Source: Patescibacteria group bacterium
GTDB taxonomy: Bacteria; Patescibacteriota; UBA1384; JAHJRZ01
Length of the DNA: 30,771 nucleotides
NCBI GenBank assembly: GCA_018830605.1
Contig: JAHJRZ010000057.1
Span: forward strand, 1-30,771
Direction: 5' to 3'
Under the pieces are notes generated by a model that worked only from the letters and a program-made list of their open reading frames with translations, had not been told where the DNA came from and ran no database searches. Below are positions 25,721 to 30,771 of the stretch, piece after piece (within the stretch, counting starts at the first letter, position 1; each line of letters starts with the position of its first letter). The translations under genes were made by a program, and so were the position numbers.

Positions 25721-26911
25721 TTATTCATATCGCAACACATCCAGGGCGTCAACCTTAGCCGCTCGTCTGGCGGGGTAAAATCCGGTAAAAAAGCCGACAA
25801 GAGTTGAAAAAATGAGCATTCCGGCCAAAAAGAGGGGAGAGAAATAAAAAATGGTCACTGGGTCGCCTCCAGCCCGAATCGCAAAATGATTGAGAATCGC
25901 ATTGGCAATTATGCCGAAAATTATACCAATGATAATGCCTGCCATACCGCCAAAAATGCCAAAGATCACCGCCTCGGTCATAAACATTCGGTTGATGTCT
26001 TCTTTTTTCATCCCCAGAATCTTCATCAGGGCGACTTCCTTAATTCTCTCCAAAAGTGAGATGGTCAAAGTATTAAAGAGTCCCAGCCCGGCGACCACCA
26101 GGGCAATCAGGCCGAAGCTGGCTAAAATTATCTTGAAGATATTAAAAATCTGTTCAATTTGGGCGACTGTATCGCCAATATACTGCGTCCGGTAACCCAT
26201 ATTCTCAACCGCTTTTCTGGCATAAGAGGCGTCGCTCGGCTTAACTAATTCCGCTTTAAGCTGGGAGTAGTTTTTCACCCCTAATTTAGTCAGATTATGG
26301 TAATCGGTGTATATTTTGACGTTCGTTTCATCTTTAATGATGCCTGAAATCAAAAACTCTTGGTTCTCGGCTTTTCTGTCTTCAGCTTCTCCGGAGTAAT
26401 CCTTGGGAATAAGAATATCGAGAGTAATCTTCTGCCCGAGGTATTTATTGGGGTCTCCTTCGCCTAAAAATTTGGCATAAGCAGTGTTAATGACCGCTTT
26501 ATCCGGCTCGTCAATAATTTTGCCCCATTTTGGGCTAAACCCTGACCAATTGAGATACTGTTTGTCAGCGCCGATGATAGTGGCATCAATCTCGACATCA
26601 GTCTTCTTCCCTTTGCCGCCGATAGAAATGGACGGTTCAACGTTTTTTATCTCCTTAATGCTTTTTATCTTTTGGATCGCCTCGTTGTCTAGTTTGACTA
26701 TTTGAGAGTTGCCGGTGCCGATGTCGATCAATTGAAAAGCGTTGCCGCCGGTTATTTCTCTGGAGACTAATCTCTCAAGCCCGAAGGCGAGCGAGACCAG
26801 AAAGACGATGGCCGAGATGCCGATGATGACTCCGGTTAAGGTTAAAAGAGTGCGCAGGCGATGCGTCATTAGGTTTCGGTAAGCTAATTTTAATAAAATC
26901 TTTTTATCCAT
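25721..26911 (-). CDS. ABC transporter permease (MacB/FtsX-like)
   Basis: [13 protein letters not shown], periplasmic loop, [26 protein letters not shown]. Confidence 0.9.
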   Translation of the reverse strand: MDKKILLKLAYRNLMTHRLRTLLTLTGVIIGISAIVFLVSLAFGLERLVSREITGGNAFQLIDIGTGNSQIVKLDNEAIQKIKSIKEIKNVEPSISIGGKGKKTDVEIDATIIGADKQYLNWSGFSPKWGKIIDEPDKAVINTAYAKFLGEGDPNKYLGQKITLDILIPKDYSGEAEDRKAENQEFLISGIIKDETNVKIYTDYHNLTKLGVKNYSQLKAELVKPSDASYARKAVENMGYRTQYIGDTVAQIEQIFNIFKIILASFGLIALVVAGLGLFNTLTISLLERIKEVALMKILGMKKEDINRMFMTEAVIFGIFGGMAGIIIGIIFGIIANAILNHFAIRAGGDPVTIFYFSPLFLAGMLIFSTLVGFFTGFYPARRAAKVDALDVLRYE

Positions 26912-26921
26912 AGTTTGTTAT

Positions 26922-26997
26922 TGTCATTGCGAACCTACAGGGTGAAGCAATCTTGTCGTCTAGAGATTGCTTCGTCGCTTTGCTCCTCGCAATGACA
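26922..26997. repeat. REP-like element (TGTCATTGCG...CGCAATGACA)
   Basis: 10-bp terminal inverted repeats; inner GAAGCAATCT/AGATTGCTTC. Confidence 0.85.
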
Positions 26998-27034
26998 CTT
27001 TTGACTTTTGCCTTTTGCCTTTCGAATTTTGACT

Positions 27035-27745
27035 TTAATTGTGCGTATCGCGCACAATTTCCCCGTCCTTCATCTCAATCCTTCTCGTGCCCAGGGGCCA
27101 ATAGTCCTGGTTATGGGTGACAAGGATAATCGTTCGTTTATGTTTTTTATTTAATCGCTCAAGAAATTTCATCAATAAATCTGAAGCATGGCTGTCAAGA
27201 TTGCCCGTCGGCTCGTCAGCCAGAATAATCCAAGGATTGGTCACTATGGCCCTCGCTAAACTCGCTCTCTGCTGCTCGCCGCCGGAAAGTGAGGTGGGCT
27301 TTGGTTTAGCCAGATCTGCTATTTTGAGCTCTTCCATCACGTTTTGGGCGCAGGAAAGGGCATAGTCCTCGGCTTCACCCTCAATCAAAAGGGGGAAGGC
27401 AATATTTTCCAGGGTGTTTAAAGATTTAATCCAAAGCGGAAACTGGTGGATAAAACCCATTTTTTTGGAGCGGAAGATGCCTCTTTGGTCATCTGAAAGC
27501 TTAAATATCTCGGTATCGCGCACTTCAACTTCGCCGGCGGTCGGTTGGTCAATGCCGGCGATGATATTCAAGAGCGTCGTCTTGCCGCAGCCGGAAGGCC
27601 CGTAAATAACCACAAAATCAGTGGCCTTAATTTCTAAATCAATATCTCTTAAAGCCGTGAAGAGATGTTTGCCAGTGAAAAATTTCTTATGCAATTTTTC
27701 AATTCTGATGATTGTCTGGTGGTGGATAGGTTGATTTTTGTCCAT
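27035..27745 (-). CDS. ABC transporter ATP-binding protein (LolD/MacB-like)
   Basis: GPSGCGKTT, LSGGEQQR, ILADEPTGNLD, VTH. ATG at 27745 preferred because the upstream part lies in a REP. Confidence 0.93.
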   Translation of the reverse strand: MDKNQPIHHQTIIRIEKLHKKFFTGKHLFTALRDIDLEIKATDFVVIYGPSGCGKTTLLNIIAGIDQPTAGEVEVRDTEIFKLSDDQRGIFRSKKMGFIHQFPLWIKSLNTLENIAFPLLIEGEAEDYALSCAQNVMEELKIADLAKPKPTSLSGGEQQRASLARAIVTNPWIILADEPTGNLDSHASDLLMKFLERLNKKHKRTIILVTHNQDYWPLGTRRIEMKDGEIVRDTHN

Positions 27746-27757
27746 AACCTTTTCTCC

Positions 27758-27838
27758 TGTCATTGCGAGGAGCCGAGGCGACGAAGCAATCTCTATTCCG
27801 ACAATAAGATTGCTTCACCCTGCTGGTTCGCAATGACA
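27758..27838. repeat. REP-like element, inverted copy of 26922-26997
   Basis: Same terminal repeats with the arms swapped. Confidence 0.85.
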
Positions 27839-27873
27839 ATGTGCGTAAATTAACTCTAAAATAATGCCCTTGC

Positions 27874-27928
27874 TATTCTGAACGCAGTGAAGGATCCCAC
27901 GAAAGATTCTTCGCTCCATCCAGAATGA
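27874..27928. repeat. REP-like element (ATTCTG...CAGAATGA family)
   Basis: ATTCTGAACGCAGTGAAGGATCC...GATTCTTCGCT...CAGAATGA. Confidence 0.6.
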
Positions 27929-27989
27929 TGGGTGATTTTATTCATTTTATATTTCCAATTTCCAATTTCCTAACCAATTTCAATTCGGT

Positions 27990-30770
27990 CTACAGCCAAC
28001 TCCCTATCCAGCCGAAGGTTTTCTTGAAAAATGACAAGAAGAGCTGAAAGAGCGAACGCGGAACTTCTCCGGAAACAACGGAATGGGCGGTGGAGGTGGT
28101 TAAATTGTCGGCTTTATCGCTGGATAATATCCTTAAAGTATAAGGTGATTGGGGTTTGAGCTCGGAGATAACCACTAGATGATGTTCGGCCAGCCCGCTA
28201 TCTTTATTTGTTTTTTGGGTAAATGATGTTGCGGTGAGCCCTTCTTCGTATTCGATTTGGCCGGTGGCCGGCTCGTCAGTGTCCCAGGAAACGAGAATCT
28301 GGGCTTTATCTTGGGTGCCGACGCCGATATTCGAGGTCTCAATGGCGATATTTAAGATCTGGGGCGGCCGGGTATCATCTGCGGTCTTAACAATATATTC
28401 ATTTGATTGAACCAAAGTGCCAAACTCATCCCGGCCCGAGACATAGACTGAATAGAGGGTATTGTCATTTAAACCGGCAATGGCCACGCGATGGTCGCGG
28501 ACGAGGTCTGAAGCGCTAGTCTCGCTTAAAATTGTACCATCTTTGGGACGATGTTCCACTGTGGAAGAAGTGGGCACATTGGTCTTCCAGTAAATGGCCA
28601 AAGCCGGAGTCGGCCCTTTGGTCTCGAGCTGGTAGGAAAAATTAGAGATAGAGGGTAAGGGCTTAGTGGTAAAGAGATAATCATCGCTTCTAAATTCATT
28701 CGTATCGCCGTCAGAGCCGTTGATCCTAAAGTGATAGGTAGTGGAGTGGGAAAGATTCTCAAGAGTGACAGTGTGCTGGGTAGTATAAGACGCCGCCTGC
28801 GAAGAGCTTGTCGAACCATAATTAAAGTTCGTGCCGTACTGAATCGAGGTGGTGGCGCTGACCGAGGTCTCCCAAGCGATATCAGCGGTGGTTAATTTAA
28901 TATTTGTTACCTGGACCTTGGCGACCGAGGGCAGATTGGCAGTTAAAAAATCATATTGGGGGGAGTAGGCCAGGGCCAAGTTATAATCGCGGTTGCTGTC
29001 ATAAGATAAGACTTTGTAATAATATCTAGCCGCCCCTTTAAGTCCGGTAATGGTGATCGAATGGGAGGTGACCGCGTCTATCTGGCCCTTGGTCTCGCTC
29101 TTGGTTGGATCGGCCGAATTAAGATCAGCCTCGCTGGCGGCATATTTAACAAAACTTGAAGAGCCGCGGTTGGTTATCCAAGAGATAATAGCTTGCGAGG
29201 CCTTGACCGCGGCTGCTGGCTGGCCGACATAAGTGGGCGGGGTGAGGTAGTTGCCGGTAGGAGTTTTGGAGACGACGGCTGAAGCGGCTGAAGGATTACC
29301 CGCGTTATCCACCGACTTGATGCGGTAGTAATAAGTGATTAAGTTGGAGAGAAATGAATCAAGATAGGCCGTGTTGGGGGTGGTGCCGAGCGTAGAGAAG
29401 GCTGCGCCGTCAAGTGATCTTTCGACTAAATAGTGGTCAAAGGTGGCCGGATCTTGGCCGGCGCCGGCGAGCCATTTAAGGGTTAATTCCCAGATCGAGG
29501 CAGCGCGGTTGGAGGTGTCAGTTAAGCTTGGGTTGGCTGGCGCCGGCGGAGCAGTAGTGGCCACCGAGAAGTTGACGGTGGCGATATTGGCGGCATCTAA
29601 AGCGTAATTGCCTGCCTCGTCTTTGGCCACCAAATAAAAAGTATTATTGCCCTGCTGGGTGGCGTAAGCTCCCGGCCCGAGCGTGGTCGCGGCTGAACCG
29701 AGCCAATGCAGATTGCCTGTGGTTGGAGCTTGGTTGACTGTATAGCCGTAATCAGTAATGGCGTGGATGTGGACCGGCGCAATCCAAGTAAAGGTAAAGG
29801 AGTTGGTAGCGGATGATTCTGGGTCAGCGATCAAAGAAGTGGGCTTAGTCGGCGCCTCAACCGTGTAATAATAGCTCGTCTGCACATCAGTTGAATAATT
29901 GCCCGCATTATCCTTTGATCTGACTAAAAAGGCATTAGTGCCGGTTTGGTAAGCTTGGATGCCGGCCTTGGTCGTCTCCACTTGGGTAGCTGACCAATCT
30001 TCGCCATTGCCGCGTTTATATTGATAACCGGCAATTCCAGAACCGCCAGTATCTGTGGCCGCGGGCCAGTTGAAGGAGAAGTTATTAATGGAGGTATAAC
30101 CCGAGGGCGTGGCCGCAATATAAGCCGGCGGGTTGGGAGCAGTTGAGTCATATTTGTAGGTGAAGTAGGTTTGGCTGGCAGCTAGATTGCCGGCGTTGTC
30201 TTTGGTCCGTATGCGGAAGTAATAGGTGGAGCCGGAAGACAAGGCGGCACTTGAGGTGTAATTGACCGGTGTCTGAAAAGCGCCAACAAGAGCTGGGTCT
30301 GCCGCCTCATTGGTGCCGAAATAAACCCAGTAGCCGGCCACGCCGCTTTGCGCATCAGTCGCCCCGTCCCATTCAAAATGAGGGCTTGGATAATTGTAGA
30401 AGTTGCCGGTGGTTATAGGTGTGGTTTTACCGGCATCGCTCCAGCCGTTAAATGTCGTTGGATTGGTGGGCGGAGTATTATCAATCACCCAGCCGGTGCT
30501 ACCGGTCATAGTTGAGTTGGCGGTCAGATAAAAGCTTGCTCCACCGGTGGCATTAGAGCGATTCATTGAGACATAGTCAGCGACAACCATTCCCGAGGAT
30601 TTAGAAAGCGTCCACTGCGTTGCGCCATCGTCAGAGTCAACGGTGATCAAATTCCCCGCCGTGCCGTTCAAGAAATTGCTCCCCGTCATCGTGTAGGTGG
30701 TGGATTTGGTGAACTTGACTGTCTTCGTCCCCGCACTCGCCATCGTCATATTGGCGAAGGTGAAGGCGTC
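27990..30770 (-). CDS. Giant fibronectin type III repeat surface protein (5' end outside window)
   Basis: Frame is open to the window edge. Repeated Fn3 motifs (YYFRIRTKDNAGN, ITWxT..S.VxY, H.V.I.GL...Y.Y); C-terminal amphipathic/TM-like tail. Confidence 0.85.
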   Translation of the reverse strand, partial: DAFTFANMTMASAGTKTVKFTKSTTYTMTGSNFLNGTAGNLITVDSDDGATQWTLSKSSGMVVADYVSMNRSNATGGASFYLTANSTMTGSTGWVIDNTPPTNPTTFNGWSDAGKTTPITTGNFYNYPSPHFEWDGATDAQSGVAGYWVYFGTNEAADPALVGAFQTPVNYTSSAALSSGSTYYFRIRTKDNAGNLAASQTYFTYKYDSTAPNPPAYIAATPSGYTSINNFSFNWPAATDTGGSGIAGYQYKRGNGEDWSATQVETTKAGIQAYQTGTNAFLVRSKDNAGNYSTDVQTSYYYTVEAPTKPTSLIADPESSATNSFTFTWIAPVHIHAITDYGYTVNQAPTTGNLHWLGSAATTLGPGAYATQQGNNTFYLVAKDEAGNYALDAANIATVNFSVATTAPPAPANPSLTDTSNRAASIWELTLKWLAGAGQDPATFDHYLVERSLDGAAFSTLGTTPNTAYLDSFLSNLITYYYRIKSVDNAGNPSAASAVVSKTPTGNYLTPPTYVGQPAAAVKASQAIISWITNRGSSSFVKYAASEADLNSADPTKSETKGQIDAVTSHSITITGLKGAARYYYKVLSYDSNRDYNLALAYSPQYDFLTANLPSVAKVQVTNIKLTTADIAWETSVSATTSIQYGTNFNYGSTSSSQAASYTTQHTVTLENLSHSTTYHFRINGSDGDTNEFRSDDYLFTTKPLPSISNFSYQLETKGPTPALAIYWKTNVPTSSTVEHRPKDGTILSETSASDLVRDHRVAIAGLNDNTLYSVYVSGRDEFGTLVQSNEYIVKTADDTRPPQILNIAIETSNIGVGTQDKAQILVSWDTDEPATGQIEYEEGLTATSFTQKTNKDSGLAEHHLVVISELKPQSPYTLRILSSDKADNLTTSTAHSVVSGEVPRSLFQLFLSFFKKTFGWIGSWL

Positions 30771-30771
30771 G

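Noticed and set aside
1-30771. CRISPR array
   Set aside because: No regularly spaced 25-45-bp repeats with unique spacers; repeats are 7-mers or palindromes.

Overview
AT-rich bacterial chromosomal window, most consistent with a Patescibacteria (CPR) genome (inferred from gene content and protein style). Core genes: rplY, miaB, thrS, thyA-like, udk, smpB, HU, ymdB, rny, dnaB, dnaX, a DUF3048 protein, an ABC transporter and a giant Fn3 surface protein. RNA genes: 5 tRNAs, tmRNA and a candidate 6S-like RNA. Main highlights: (1) A ~3.3 kb island (22324-25685) bounded by a 44-bp imperfect direct repeat that duplicates the promoter and first codons of the DUF3048 gene. It carries a degenerate DGR (internally deleted RT, head-to-head Avd, CLec-like target with VR and hairpin, no template repeat in the window), an MNT-HEPN pair with an amber-interrupted toxin, and two copies of a pcrA 5' end. 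(2) A pervasive 7-bp-period repeat system. Inverted arrays bracket two four-helix-bundle genes, occur as empty pairs, and invade essential genes and an RNA. (3) An unannotated, promoter-driven, rod-shaped RNA at ~17425-17635 with 6S-like architecture. (4) A duplicated and inverted tmRNA 3' end, and many REP/RPE-like palindromes, one in frame in dnaX. All alignments and folds were done by eye; no searches were run.
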